The notes beneath the pieces were generated by a model. It ran no database searches and was not told where the DNA came from. It was given only the letters and a program-made list of their open reading frames with translations. A stretch of DNA of 32,777 nt from a virus (Duplodnaviria > Heunggongvirae > Uroviricota > Caudoviricetes), in IMG/VR virus record IMGVR_UViG_3300022562_000870, positions 68,184 through 100,960 of that record; one strand, given 5' to 3'. The translations under genes and the position numbers were made by a program. This document shows positions 12,902 through 21,974 of the stretch, piece by piece (within the stretch, counting starts at the first letter, position 1; each line of letters starts with the position of its first letter).

Positions 12902-15244
12902 ATGTCAGAAATGCTTGTCACTAAACGCAGTGGCGAAACAGAGTCTCTTGATTTCGAAAAAATCCACGTTGTTCTTTTTTGGGCGACAGAAGGTATAGCG
13001 AACGTTTCAGTTTCAGAAATCGAAATCAAAACAAAAATGCAGCTGTATAATAAAATACCAACATCCGAAATACATGAAACTGTTATCAAATCTGCTGCGA
13101 ATTTAATATCAGAGGAAAATCCAAATTACCAATATGTCGCTGCGCGTTTAGTTATTTTTACTTTACGCAAGCAGGTCTATAAACAATTTGAACCGCCAAA
13201 ACTTTTAGATCATGTTAAAACTTGCATCACACGTGGTGTATACGATAAAGAGCTTTTAAGTCTTTATGATGAAGAAGAATGGGAAAAGCTTGATAAGATT
13301 GTCAAACATGAAAGAGACATGCTGCTCACTTACGCTGCTGTTGAACAGTTCCGTGGTAAATATCTTGTACAAAATCGCACCACGGGTGAATATTTTGAAA
13401 CGCCACAGATGGCATATATTTTAATTTCGGCTGTTCTGTTTAGTAAGTACCCCAAAGAAATACGTTTACAATATGTTAAAAATTACTACGATGCTATTTC
13501 AAAAGGGCCTAAATCAACCATCACACTACCAACACCAATTCTTGCTGGTATACGCACACCCACAAGACAATTCAGTTCCTGTGTGTTGATTGAATCTGGC
13601 GATAGTTTAAATTCCATCAATGAAACTGCAAGTAGTATCGTTGACTATGCATCACTGCGTGCTGGAATTGGTATTAGTGCTGGTAGGTTGCGTGCAAAGG
13701 GAGCGGCAGTTCGTAATGGAGAAGCTTATCATACGGGTGACATCCCCTTTTACAAGTATTTTCATGCAGCGCTGAAATGTTGTTCACAAGGTGGTATACG
13801 TGGTGCATCAGCAACATTATATTACCCTATATGGCATTTAGAAGCCGAGGATCTTATCGTACTTAAAAATAATAAAGGTACAGATGAAACCAGAATTCGT
13901 CATCTTGATTATGGTGTTCAAATTAATGGGTACTTATATGGACGATTGTTAAAAAATGAAAAGATAACTCTTTTTTGTCCACACGAAGTACCAGATTTAT
14001 ATGAAGCATTTTTTGAGAATCAAGAAAAATTTGCAGAATTATATGAAAAATATGAGCGTGCATATTCTATAAGGAAGAAAACAATTCCAGCATTAGAACA
14101 TTTTAATAATATGTTAATGGAACGAAATAATACAGGAAGGATTTATATTCAAAATGTTGACCATTCAAATACACATAGTTCATTTAATGAAGACACTAGT
14201 CCTATTCATATGTCTAATCTCTGTGTAGAGATTACATTACCCACAGCAGAATTAACGCGGCCAAGTAGGATACCATTTGAAAAAGAAAAACATATAGAAG
14301 AATTTAAAGATGTTACACCAGAAGAATTTAGAAAGAAATATGGTGAAATAGCACTTTGTACATTATCTTCTATAAACATGGGTGCCATGAGTAATGAAGA
14401 AGAAATTCAAAAAACCTGTGATCTTGTTATTCGCGCACTAGATGAACTCCTAGATTATCAAGACTACCCAATGCTTGCAGCTGGTATTCCAGCATTAAAA
14501 CGCAGATCATTGGGAGTTGGAGTTAGTAACGTGGCTTACTTCATTGCAAAACATGGTCGTAAATATTCAGATGGTTCCGCCAACGATCTAATTAATGAAC
14601 AAGCAGAAGCTATATCTTATTACTTAATTAAAGCTTCCATGGAACTTGCCAAAGAAAAAGGTAAATGTGATTGGTTTGATGAAACGAAATATTCAAAGGG
14701 GATTTTTCCAATCGATACTTATAAATCTGCCGTAGATGATATTTTATCAGAACCTAATTACATGAATTGGGAATCTTTGAAGCATGATGTTATTAAGTAC
14801 GGTATGCGAAATTCTACAGTTATGGCACTTATGCCTGTAGAATCAAGCTCACAGGTAATTAATGCTACTAATGGTATTGAACCGCCTAGAAGTTCAGTAA
14901 CGGTAAAAACTTCCAAAGATGGTACCCTTAAACAAGTAGTACCTGAAATTCATAGATTAAAAAATAAGTATGAATATCTTTGGGATATGCCACATACTCG
15001 TGGATATTTAGAAATAGCAGCTATTTTTCAAAAATGGACAGACCAATCCATTTCAACCAATACTTCATATAATCCTGGCAACTATCCTGACAAAAAAGTA
15101 CCGATGTCTGAACTTATCAGAGATGTGGTATATGCATATAAGTTAGGACTTAAAACGCTATATTATCAAAATACTTTGGATGGTAGTGGTGATGTCTTTG
15201 AAGAAAAAGACGCAGAAGAAGATTGTGAAAGTTGTAAATTATAA
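12902..15244 (+). CDS. nrdA: Class Ia ribonucleotide reductase alpha subunit with ATP cone
   Basis: N-terminal VTKRSG ATP cone, 'QFSSCVL', 'SQGGIRG', 'SNLCVEI' (catalytic Cys/Glu), 'TLYYQNT', C-terminal CESC; uninterrupted. Confidence 0.97.
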   Translation: MSEMLVTKRSGETESLDFEKIHVVLFWATEGIANVSVSEIEIKTKMQLYNKIPTSEIHETVIKSAANLISEENPNYQYVAARLVIFTLRKQVYKQFEPPKLLDHVKTCITRGVYDKELLSLYDEEEWEKLDKIVKHERDMLLTYAAVEQFRGKYLVQNRTTGEYFETPQMAYILISAVLFSKYPKEIRLQYVKNYYDAISKGPKSTITLPTPILAGIRTPTRQFSSCVLIESGDSLNSINETASSIVDYASLRAGIGISAGRLRAKGAAVRNGEAYHTGDIPFYKYFHAALKCCSQGGIRGASATLYYPIWHLEAEDLIVLKNNKGTDETRIRHLDYGVQINGYLYGRLLKNEKITLFCPHEVPDLYEAFFENQEKFAELYEKYERAYSIRKKTIPALEHFNNMLMERNNTGRIYIQNVDHSNTHSSFNEDTSPIHMSNLCVEITLPTAELTRPSRIPFEKEKHIEEFKDVTPEEFRKKYGEIALCTLSSINMGAMSNEEEIQKTCDLVIRALDELLDYQDYPMLAAGIPALKRRSLGVGVSNVAYFIAKHGRKYSDGSANDLINEQAEAISYYLIKASMELAKEKGKCDWFDETKYSKGIFPIDTYKSAVDDILSEPNYMNWESLKHDVIKYGMRNSTVMALMPVESSSQVINATNGIEPPRSSVTVKTSKDGTLKQVVPEIHRLKNKYEYLWDMPHTRGYLEIAAIFQKWTDQSISTNTSYNPGNYPDKKVPMSELIRDVVYAYKLGLKTLYYQNTLDGSGDVFEEKDAEEDCESCKL

Positions 15245-15253
15245 GGAAAGAAA

Positions 15254-16375
15254 ATGGGAAAAATTTTTAATACAGATGCATCCAATCATCTTACTGCAAG
15301 AATGTTTCTAGATCCAAATGGTGGTCCAGAAATAGCAAGATATGAACAAGTAAAATATGATAGATTTGAAAAATTTACTGAAAACCAACTTTCATTTTTT
15401 TGGCGTCCCGAAGAAATAGATTTATCTACAGATAAAAATGATTTTCGTGATCTCCCACCAGAGCAACAACATATTTTTACAAGTAATCTATTTAGACAAA
15501 CACTTTTAGATTCTGTACAAGGGCGTGGGCCTAACTTAACACTACTTCCTATTTGTTCATTACCAGAACTTGAAGTATGGTTAGAAACGTGGGGTGCTAA
15601 TGAAACCATCCACAGCCGTTCTTATACACACATTATAAGAAATATCTATCCAAATCCATCGGAAAAGTTTAACGAAATTACTAAAATAAAAGAAATTTTA
15701 GATTGTGCGAAAGATATATCTAAATACTATGACGATTTGTATAAATGGAATATTATTCGTGATGCTAAAAAACTTGGTATTAAGGTACCAGATATTAGAT
15801 ATAACGAATATGAACACAAAAAAGCGTTATGGCTATGTCTTAATAGTATAAACACTTTAGAAGGATTACGTTTTTATGTTTCGTTTGCATGTAGTTGGAA
15901 CTTTGCAGAACAAAAGCTTATGGAAGGAAACGCCAAAATTATTCGGCTTATTTGCAGGGACGAAAATTTACATTTAGGTTCAACACAATACATGCTCCGA
16001 ACATTACCTAAAGATGATCCAGATTATCTAAAAATAAAAGAAGAAACAAAGGAAGAAGTTACAAAAATGTTTTTAGATGTAATAAAACAAGAAAAAAATT
16101 GGGCAGCATACTTATTTCAACATGGTTCTATGATTGGATTAAGTGAAGAAATACTCGGTCAATATGTTGATTTCATTGGAAGTAGACGAATGAAAACCAT
16201 AGGACTAGAGGTTCCCTTTGAATACCCAACATCAGATCCCTTACCATGGACTAAACAATGGATAAGCGGCTCACAAGTTCAAGTAGCTCCACAAGAAGCT
16301 GAAATATCATCTTACTTAGTATCAGACGTTAAGCAAGATGTAGACACTAATTTATTAAACGATTTATCATTATAA
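15254..16375 (+). CDS. nrdB: Class Ia ribonucleotide reductase beta subunit
   Basis: 'FFWRPEE', 'LLDSVQ', 'ETIHSRSY' (radical Tyr), 'LEGLRFYVSF', 'RDENLH', 'APQEAEISSY'. Confidence 0.97.
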   Translation: MGKIFNTDASNHLTARMFLDPNGGPEIARYEQVKYDRFEKFTENQLSFFWRPEEIDLSTDKNDFRDLPPEQQHIFTSNLFRQTLLDSVQGRGPNLTLLPICSLPELEVWLETWGANETIHSRSYTHIIRNIYPNPSEKFNEITKIKEILDCAKDISKYYDDLYKWNIIRDAKKLGIKVPDIRYNEYEHKKALWLCLNSINTLEGLRFYVSFACSWNFAEQKLMEGNAKIIRLICRDENLHLGSTQYMLRTLPKDDPDYLKIKEETKEEVTKMFLDVIKQEKNWAAYLFQHGSMIGLSEEILGQYVDFIGSRRMKTIGLEVPFEYPTSDPLPWTKQWISGSQVQVAPQEAEISSYLVSDVKQDVDTNLLNDLSL

Positions 16376-16389
16376 GAGGATTTAAACCA

Positions 16390-16641
16390 ATGGAAATTTC
16401 TATTTTTGGAACAATGGCGTGCTCAAAATGCAAAGATGTATTAAACTTTCTAAAAGAAAAAAATGTAGCATATGATTACAAAGTTATCGGTCAAGACGTA
16501 GACCACGAATATGTTAACAACGTAGTTGGAAGGATGGTGAGAGCAGTTCCTGTTATAATGGTAGACGGTGAAGAAGTCTCTTTCACTACTTTAAAGGAAA
16601 ATCTTAATTCAGTAAACATGTTAAACTTGTTGGAATTGTAA
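16390..16641 (+). CDS. Glutaredoxin/NrdC-like redoxin
   Basis: CSKC motif near the N-terminus and 'VPVIMVDGE'; directly after nrdB. Confidence 0.85.
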   Translation: MEISIFGTMACSKCKDVLNFLKEKNVAYDYKVIGQDVDHEYVNNVVGRMVRAVPVIMVDGEEVSFTTLKENLNSVNMLNLLEL

Positions 16642-16664
16642 AAAGGGGCATTAGCCCCTTTTTT
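16641..16664. terminator. Bidirectional terminator AAAAGGGGC-ATTA-GCCCCTTTT
   Basis: Perfect inverted repeat between convergent genes. Confidence 0.88.
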
Positions 16665-17232
16665 ATTTCATGTGTTTTGTAATAATTTCTTTAGCTTTTG
16701 CGACAAGTTCAGTATCAGGTAACCAAGAATTCATACCTATCATATGTTCTATTTCTTCGCGTGTTATAGAAGTATCATCCAATTGTGGTCTGCCCATTTC
16801 ATGATACGCTGTACTTACGACAAACCCCGCTTTCTTTTTAATATACTGTGGTGAACGATTCCCGGGGTTCTTAGCAGCTATGCTATTATCTGGTAATATT
16901 TCAATGCCTGCTTCTTCGGCGGCTTGCCTTGTTGCAAAACCACCTTTAATACGTACGATGTCGCCAAACTTACCACCTTCCAGTGTTCTATGTGCGTGCA
17001 AATTTGTAATATTTTTTTGCCATCTTGGTAGTTTATGATTAGATACAAGGGTTAAATCTGCTGCTGTAAGATTTGTATGAAGTTCAACGTATGCGAATAT
17101 ATCATCCCAATATGCTATGCCTTCTTCGTTAACAAATTGTGCAACTATTGGTGCAAAATAACTTTCGGGATGGTAATCACCCTTTCCTATATTTTCATCG
17201 TTTTCTTTTTCTAATATTTCAATGACTTTCAT
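16663..17232 (-). CDS. Hypothetical protein (189 aa)
   Basis: AAGGA Shine-Dalgarno and exact late box upstream; the central 'PRWQKNITNL' region may be winged-helix-like (weak). Confidence 0.7.
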   Translation of the reverse strand: MKVIEILEKENDENIGKGDYHPESYFAPIVAQFVNEEGIAYWDDIFAYVELHTNLTAADLTLVSNHKLPRWQKNITNLHAHRTLEGGKFGDIVRIKGGFATRQAAEEAGIEILPDNSIAAKNPGNRSPQYIKKKAGFVVSTAYHEMGRPQLDDTSITREEIEHMIGMNSWLPDTELVAKAKEIITKHMK

Positions 17233-17249
17233 AATGGATTCCTTTCCAT

Positions 17250-17257
17250 TATTTATA
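17250..17257 (-). promoter_or_regulatory. T4-late promoter TATAAATA
   Basis: Exact consensus 17 nt upstream of ATG 17232. Confidence 0.55.
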
Positions 17258-17258
17258 A

Positions 17259-17630
17259 TTATTCAAGTACTGATGGCACCGTATTAATAATATGTGGTAC
17301 GGACATTGTATAACGTAATGAATTACTTAATAATTCATTGGAGTCTTTGGGGGAATATTTTTCTGGTTCTAATGACCAAGTAATATGGAACGCTTTCCCA
17401 TCGGGTCTTTCACGCGAGCCATTTACAGAAACAACCAATGCTTCCAGACCATCACCAGAATCTATTCTACCAAGAACTTTGACTTCTTCGGCGGCGGTTG
17501 GTGGTACAGTATCGCGTGGTACGCCGAATTCAATAGTCACGTGATGACCGACAAATTTAGAATATCTTGGTGGAAATTTAGCTTCGAGATAAGTGCGTGT
17601 TTCATCTGTAAGAACGTAAGCGGTGTACAT
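17259..17630 (-). CDS. 2H phosphoesterase family protein (123 aa)
   Basis: Two HxT motifs, 'HHVTIEF' and 'FHITWS', spaced as in 2H enzymes. Confidence 0.75.
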   Translation of the reverse strand: MYTAYVLTDETRTYLEAKFPPRYSKFVGHHVTIEFGVPRDTVPPTAAEEVKVLGRIDSGDGLEALVVSVNGSRERPDGKAFHITWSLEPEKYSPKDSNELLSNSLRYTMSVPHIINTVPSVLE

Positions 17631-17788
17631 TATTTTTGATTCCGTTGGTTAAGGATTAATAAAATTATTGATGAAAGGAACGGTGTAATAACCATGCTGG
17701 CTAACATCCACCCAAAAAAAGTCCTGCCAAGTGTATGTGCATAATAGCCTACTGCGGCACAGACAAGAATAAAAAATAACATTCCCAT
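17630..17788 (-). CDS. Small membrane protein (52 aa), not in ORF track
   Basis: Hand translation: MGMLFFILVCAAVGYYAHTLGRTFFGWMLASMVITPFLSSIILLILNQRNQK; TAATG overlap with the next gene; starts 2 nt after the upstream stop. Confidence 0.75.
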   Translation of the reverse strand: MGMLFFILVCAAVGYYAHTLGRTFFGWMLASMVITPFLSSIILLILNQRNQK

Positions 17789-17789
17789 A

Positions 17790-18320
17790 TTAAAGACCTA
17801 ATTTTTTAAGTTTTTTAATCGTGTTATCTGCGCTGGTATGTAAAATACCAATGCCACCTGCTGCTATCCATGGTTTAATCGCCTTTTCTTTATCATCGAT
17901 TAAGATATGATTATCAGCCGCAAACTGTGATTTTTCTACAGCTGCTCTAACACAATTAATTTCAACATTTCCTAAGTGTTTAGGAACCCAAACATTTTTC
18001 TGTTTACAGGCGTCATATTTTGAATCGCCCGTTGCTGTAAGGATTTCCGTGTTTGAATACCTAATTATATACTTCCATAATACCATAGCGTCTGGCATTA
18101 AGTCAAGTTCTTGCCAAAGCCTACCGCCAGATTTAGTATAATCATCCACAGCTTTCCACATTTTTTTCCTATATTGTGGGTCTGCTTCGTATTTTTCTTC
18201 ATCGTGTTCAAGCTTAAGGATATCCTTCACACCCTTGGCGAAGTCGGCTAAAACACCATCTAAATCACAATAAATCTTATATTCTGGACGTATATTTTTC
18301 ACATCTTCCAATAATACCAT
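17790..18320 (-). CDS. HAD-superfamily 5'(3')-deoxyribonucleotidase-like phosphatase
   Basis: 'YCDLDGVLADF' (motif I), 'ILTA' (II), 'K' (III), 'LIDD' (IV). Confidence 0.85.
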   Translation of the reverse strand: MVLLEDVKNIRPEYKIYCDLDGVLADFAKGVKDILKLEHDEEKYEADPQYRKKMWKAVDDYTKSGGRLWQELDLMPDAMVLWKYIIRYSNTEILTATGDSKYDACKQKNVWVPKHLGNVEINCVRAAVEKSQFAADNHILIDDKEKAIKPWIAAGGIGILHTSADNTIKKLKKLGL

Positions 18321-18565
18321 TAATCATCCCCATATCGATGATTATGAAAATGTTCTTCATATTCCATATCATCCTGTTCAATATTAAATTCGGCCCATTC
18401 GCCAACACTTTCAAATGTTTTATTATACGTTTGGTCAAAAACTTTGCCATTTGGGAGAAGTTCTATACCATATACTGATAAAACTTCATCTGGTGATAAC
18501 CTATTAACTTCATTAATGGTAAATGCTACTTCTTGTGCAACCGCACTGTGGTTGTGTTTACTCAT
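18320..18565 (-). CDS. Hypothetical acidic protein (81 aa)
   Basis: AGGA Shine-Dalgarno; TAATG coupling to the HAD gene. Confidence 0.7.
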   Translation of the reverse strand: MSKHNHSAVAQEVAFTINEVNRLSPDEVLSVYGIELLPNGKVFDQTYNKTFESVGEWAEFNIEQDDMEYEEHFHNHRYGDD

Positions 18566-18593
18566 CTTTCCTTTCTCTATAGTTTAATAAAAA

Positions 18594-18601
18594 TATTTAT
18601 A
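18594..18601 (-). promoter_or_regulatory. T4-late promoter TATAAATA
   Basis: Exact consensus right after the phosphoesterase stop, 28 nt before ATG 18565. Confidence 0.55.
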
Positions 18602-19339
18602 TTAAATTTTTGATGATATTATTCGCATACGTGCCTGTGCAGCTATTTCATCTAATAGTTTAGGTTTATAATCCTGTATTTCACAATTTACATTTATATG
18701 TAAAGGATTACCCGTATATGGACATGGAAATATGTGAAGATGCCCGTGAATGTTAATCCAAGGCCATGGTATATTATACATAGGATAATGGGTAAACACT
18801 AAACAAACATCAGGGTAATCTATAGTATAAATTAAATGTGTTTCATCAAAATTTAAATTCCGTAATTTTTTACCATTAAAATCATGATTGCCAACTATCA
18901 AAATCTTATATCCATGACACTGGTCTAATAATTCGTTAATAGCAGTATTGCCTTGAAAACCAACATCGCCAACCCAAAGACAAATGTCATTTTTATCAAC
19001 ATATTCATTATAGTTTGCAATCATAAATTCATGCATTTCTTCCAATGACATGAATGGTCGCTGGCTAAAACTTATAATATTTTTATGAAAAAAATGCTGA
19101 TCACTCCAAACCCATATTTTCCTATCTTTATCGGCCGGTGTCACTAATAATGGTTCATCAATATTTTCATTTAAACGCACGATACAATCAAGTTTAGCCC
19201 ATTTGCCTGGGTGGGCGACACGCGGACGTTCATTGTTACCATATCTCACGATTTCACTAAGATGTTCAATATAAAGGTTACGTAAGAATTTTAATTCAGC
19301 TATCTTGTTCTTCTTGGCTTGTTGTTCTATTTCGTTCAT
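18602..19339 (-). CDS. Calcineurin-like metallophosphoesterase
   Basis: 'SDQHFFH', 'VGDVG', 'VGNHD', 'FTHYP', 'IHGHLH'. Confidence 0.92.
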   Translation of the reverse strand: MNEIEQQAKKNKIAELKFLRNLYIEHLSEIVRYGNNERPRVAHPGKWAKLDCIVRLNENIDEPLLVTPADKDRKIWVWSDQHFFHKNIISFSQRPFMSLEEMHEFMIANYNEYVDKNDICLWVGDVGFQGNTAINELLDQCHGYKILIVGNHDFNGKKLRNLNFDETHLIYTIDYPDVCLVFTHYPMYNIPWPWINIHGHLHIFPCPYTGNPLHINVNCEIQDYKPKLLDEIAAQARMRIISSKI

Positions 19340-19718
19340 CTGCTATTCTTCTAGCTAAATTTATTAAAACTAAAAGTTCCTCATATTCTTTGGGTCGATT
19401 TTCTTTTGTCATAGTGGCAACGCCACGCAAATAATTTGCGACGTGACTAGCCTCTAGACCTGTTCCCGTTAAAAGTAATTTCCAAGTATTATCAAGATAT
19501 TCTTTAAATGCTGGTAATATATGTTTACAATCATCGGGGCCTTCGATTTTATATGTTGGGGCATTGGGGTTTATTTTTTCAATGGCGCGTGTAGTTTTAC
19601 GAATGCGTGGGTTTTTCGTAGAATTTACTTTCTTCTTCGTAGGTTTCTTTTTTGAAAAAAGCGGAGAGCTTTCATCAAAAACTAAAAGGTCTTGATCTGT
19701 ATTTTTACTTTCCGGCAT
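19296..19718 (-). CDS. Hypothetical protein with basic N-terminus (140 aa)
   Basis: Co-oriented and overlapping both neighbours; Lys-rich N-terminus. Confidence 0.65.
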   Translation of the reverse strand: MPESKNTDQDLLVFDESSPLFSKKKPTKKKVNSTKNPRIRKTTRAIEKINPNAPTYKIEGPDDCKHILPAFKEYLDNTWKLLLTGTGLEASHVANYLRGVATMTKENRPKEYEELLVLINLARRIADERNRTTSQEEQDS

Positions 19719-20793
19719 TCCAAACTAAATCCTGAACATCCATTAACAATGCTGCTGCAAATTTTAAATCTGGTTTTTTTGGAAGTTTTGTTTTTTTATA
19801 CCATACAACACGAACTTCCTCATCCATCTTTGTAGCATAATCAACAATTTCATCATATGTCCATGCGCCGCCACGAATTTGAAGTAACTCAAGGGCATCC
19901 GGGCGCTTGACAACAATTTCTTCATCGCGAAGTGCTTCCACACCCATGCGCAATAATCTTACAAGATGCATAGCATGTTTTGTATCATAACCAAATTGTT
20001 CTTCAAGTTCGCTACGTACTTCATTTCGATTATTTTTCCATTCCCAATATCTTTCATGTTTTTCTTTAAATTCACGATAAATGTCTTTATTGAATTTAAT
20101 AACCATAACTGGGAGTGTGTCTTCAAATTCAGAGCGATCACCTTCATATGTGGTGTTCAATTTTCCAAATGTGTCAAATAGTTCTCTACCCTTTTCAGGA
20201 TATACACCATAGATGTTACCACCAAACGGCACCAAACGATGGTCTTCATTCCATTCATCAATATTCAATTTTAACATTTTTTCTTTGCCAAAGTATTGCA
20301 CCAAAGATACGTAATCCTTGGGCTTGGGTGCTTCTTTTGGTTGCGGGTTATTGATCCACTTATTATGACCTTTAATACGATGTAACTGTGACAACGCATA
20401 GCCAGAAGTAGTAAAGGCAATCTTAGAAGAAAGTAATTTATGTCGATGTTCGCGAAGCAAATCATATGCAGGCGTTCTGAATGTAATATCAGTATCATTA
20501 ACCCAAAGAGTTTCGATAATATTTGGGTTACAATCCAAACACAGTTTCATGAAATGTGCGAGTTCATACAGTTTAGTATCTTCTTCCGCAATGTCATCAC
20601 ATTCACGCACAGTAAAAAATGGTGTACGAACGTTTACAGGATCACCGCAGAAGATACCACGAAAATCTACATCTGAAGATGGTAAATTTGTTCCATACGA
20701 AATCGATCCTGCATAGTGTTTAACCAGCATGTTATCTTTCATAAGACTTTGGGCGTCTTTTGGTCGCAGTGTTTTAATTTGGTGCGTAAACAT
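19705..20793 (-). CDS. DNA-polymerase-beta-superfamily nucleotidyltransferase (RlaP/NrdC.11-like)
   Basis: 'AGSISYGTNLPSSDVDFRGIF' (GS...DxD), 'CNPNIIETLW', 'GYDTKHAMHLVRLL'. Confidence 0.88.
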   Translation of the reverse strand: MFTHQIKTLRPKDAQSLMKDNMLVKHYAGSISYGTNLPSSDVDFRGIFCGDPVNVRTPFFTVRECDDIAEEDTKLYELAHFMKLCLDCNPNIIETLWVNDTDITFRTPAYDLLREHRHKLLSSKIAFTTSGYALSQLHRIKGHNKWINNPQPKEAPKPKDYVSLVQYFGKEKMLKLNIDEWNEDHRLVPFGGNIYGVYPEKGRELFDTFGKLNTTYEGDRSEFEDTLPVMVIKFNKDIYREFKEKHERYWEWKNNRNEVRSELEEQFGYDTKHAMHLVRLLRMGVEALRDEEIVVKRPDALELLQIRGGAWTYDEIVDYATKMDEEVRVVWYKKTKLPKKPDLKFAAALLMDVQDLVWNAGK

Positions 20794-20810
20794 TTGTTTT
20801 GCCTATAAAA

Positions 20811-20844
20811 ATAGCCATATGCGTATTATACCGCATATGGCTAT
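20811..20844 (-). terminator. 13-bp perfect hairpin (ATAGCCATATGCG/CGCATATGGCTAT), probable terminator for the gp32-uvsX operon
   Basis: Perfect inverted repeat followed by a short T run on the - strand, 25 nt downstream of the uvsX stop. Confidence 0.65.
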
Positions 20845-20853
20845 ATATGTCAA
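20825..20853 (-). promoter_or_regulatory. Perfect sigma70 promoter TTGACA-N17-TATAAT
   Basis: Exact hexamers and 17-bp spacer; drives the nucleotidyltransferase operon. Confidence 0.85.
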
Positions 20854-20868
20854 CAATTTATATAAACA

Positions 20869-21963
20869 TTAATCTTCGCTTTCACCAAGACCTTTTTCTT
20901 CGCGTTTAGCTTTACGTGATTTTCCTTCACTAGTATCAACATCGGAATCTTTGACACCAGCATCTAAAAATTCATCACATTTGGCTTCACAAAGTTCTAA
21001 AATTTTGGCTTTATTTTCATCCCATCCATCCTTCATCATCCAACCTTTTTCTTGACCTGGAAGTGAATAGTATGCACCTTTTTGTGTTATAATTCCTAAA
21101 TTTTTGGCAACATCTAATAGACCATTATATGGGTCCATTCCTGTTTCATATGGAACTTCAATAGTCACTGTTTGAAATGGTTGCGTGAATCTTGTTTTAT
21201 AACCTTCAACTTTCATGCGCATACCGAGAATATTTTTTGAATCGTTTTTATCTTTTAGTTTTAATTTACTTAATAAAGCTATATGTGATAAAGAAAACTT
21301 TTCAGCGTCATTTACAATATACAATCCTTCACCATTTAACAGATCTTGGTTTTTATAAACCCCATCTGTTACAACAATAGAAATGTTTAAATGTTTAATT
21401 GCTTGAACAAATTCGCGCAGCATTGCTTTGGTTTGTTTTGAACGTTGTCCTTGATCGCCTTTTGAAACACCTTTCGCGTAGTTTTCTTCCTCTGTTTCTG
21501 TCATTAACATACCAAGACTATCAATAACAATAAGTATTTTCGGTGCATCTTCTGCACGTCCATATTGTTTTTTATAATCTGTAGTAAACTTGCTAACTAC
21601 TCTTTTACATTGTGGAATGGTGTCAATATCAATATAGATATAATTTTCTGAATCTGGATCTACACCGATACTTCTAACGAAATCGTCATCTAATGCATGT
21701 TCAGAATCCAATACTACGACAATCGCACCTTCTTGTTGTGCTTCTCTCATAATATTACATGATATAAAAGACTTGCCTGTTTGTGAACCACCTACGATTC
21801 CTAAAATTCTACCTTGTGGAATTCCACGAAGGTAACTTCCACCAAGAATTTTATTCATCACATAGTTGCCTGTTGAAAACCAGTAACGTGGAGGCTCGGA
21901 AGCCCCCACATCAAATCCGGCTTTCTCAAGGTCTTTGGTAATACCTTTAAGAAAATCAGCCAT
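20869..21963 (-). CDS. uvsX: UvsX/RecA recombinase
   Basis: 'GIPQGRILGIVGGSQTGKS' Walker A, 'VVLDSEHAL', 'VIDSLG' Walker B, 'KTRF..PF'. Confidence 0.93.
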   Translation of the reverse strand: MADFLKGITKDLEKAGFDVGASEPPRYWFSTGNYVMNKILGGSYLRGIPQGRILGIVGGSQTGKSFISCNIMREAQQEGAIVVVLDSEHALDDDFVRSIGVDPDSENYIYIDIDTIPQCKRVVSKFTTDYKKQYGRAEDAPKILIVIDSLGMLMTETEEENYAKGVSKGDQGQRSKQTKAMLREFVQAIKHLNISIVVTDGVYKNQDLLNGEGLYIVNDAEKFSLSHIALLSKLKLKDKNDSKNILGMRMKVEGYKTRFTQPFQTVTIEVPYETGMDPYNGLLDVAKNLGIITQKGAYYSLPGQEKGWMMKDGWDENKAKILELCEAKCDEFLDAGVKDSDVDTSEGKSRKAKREEKGLGESED

Positions 21964-21974
21964 GGTTCACCGCC

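Noticed and set aside
8275-21963. Inteins, introns or homing endonucleases in helicase, nrdA, nrdB or uvsX
   Set aside because: All are uninterrupted and of ordinary length; no LAGLIDADG, HNH or GIY-YIG motifs noticed.
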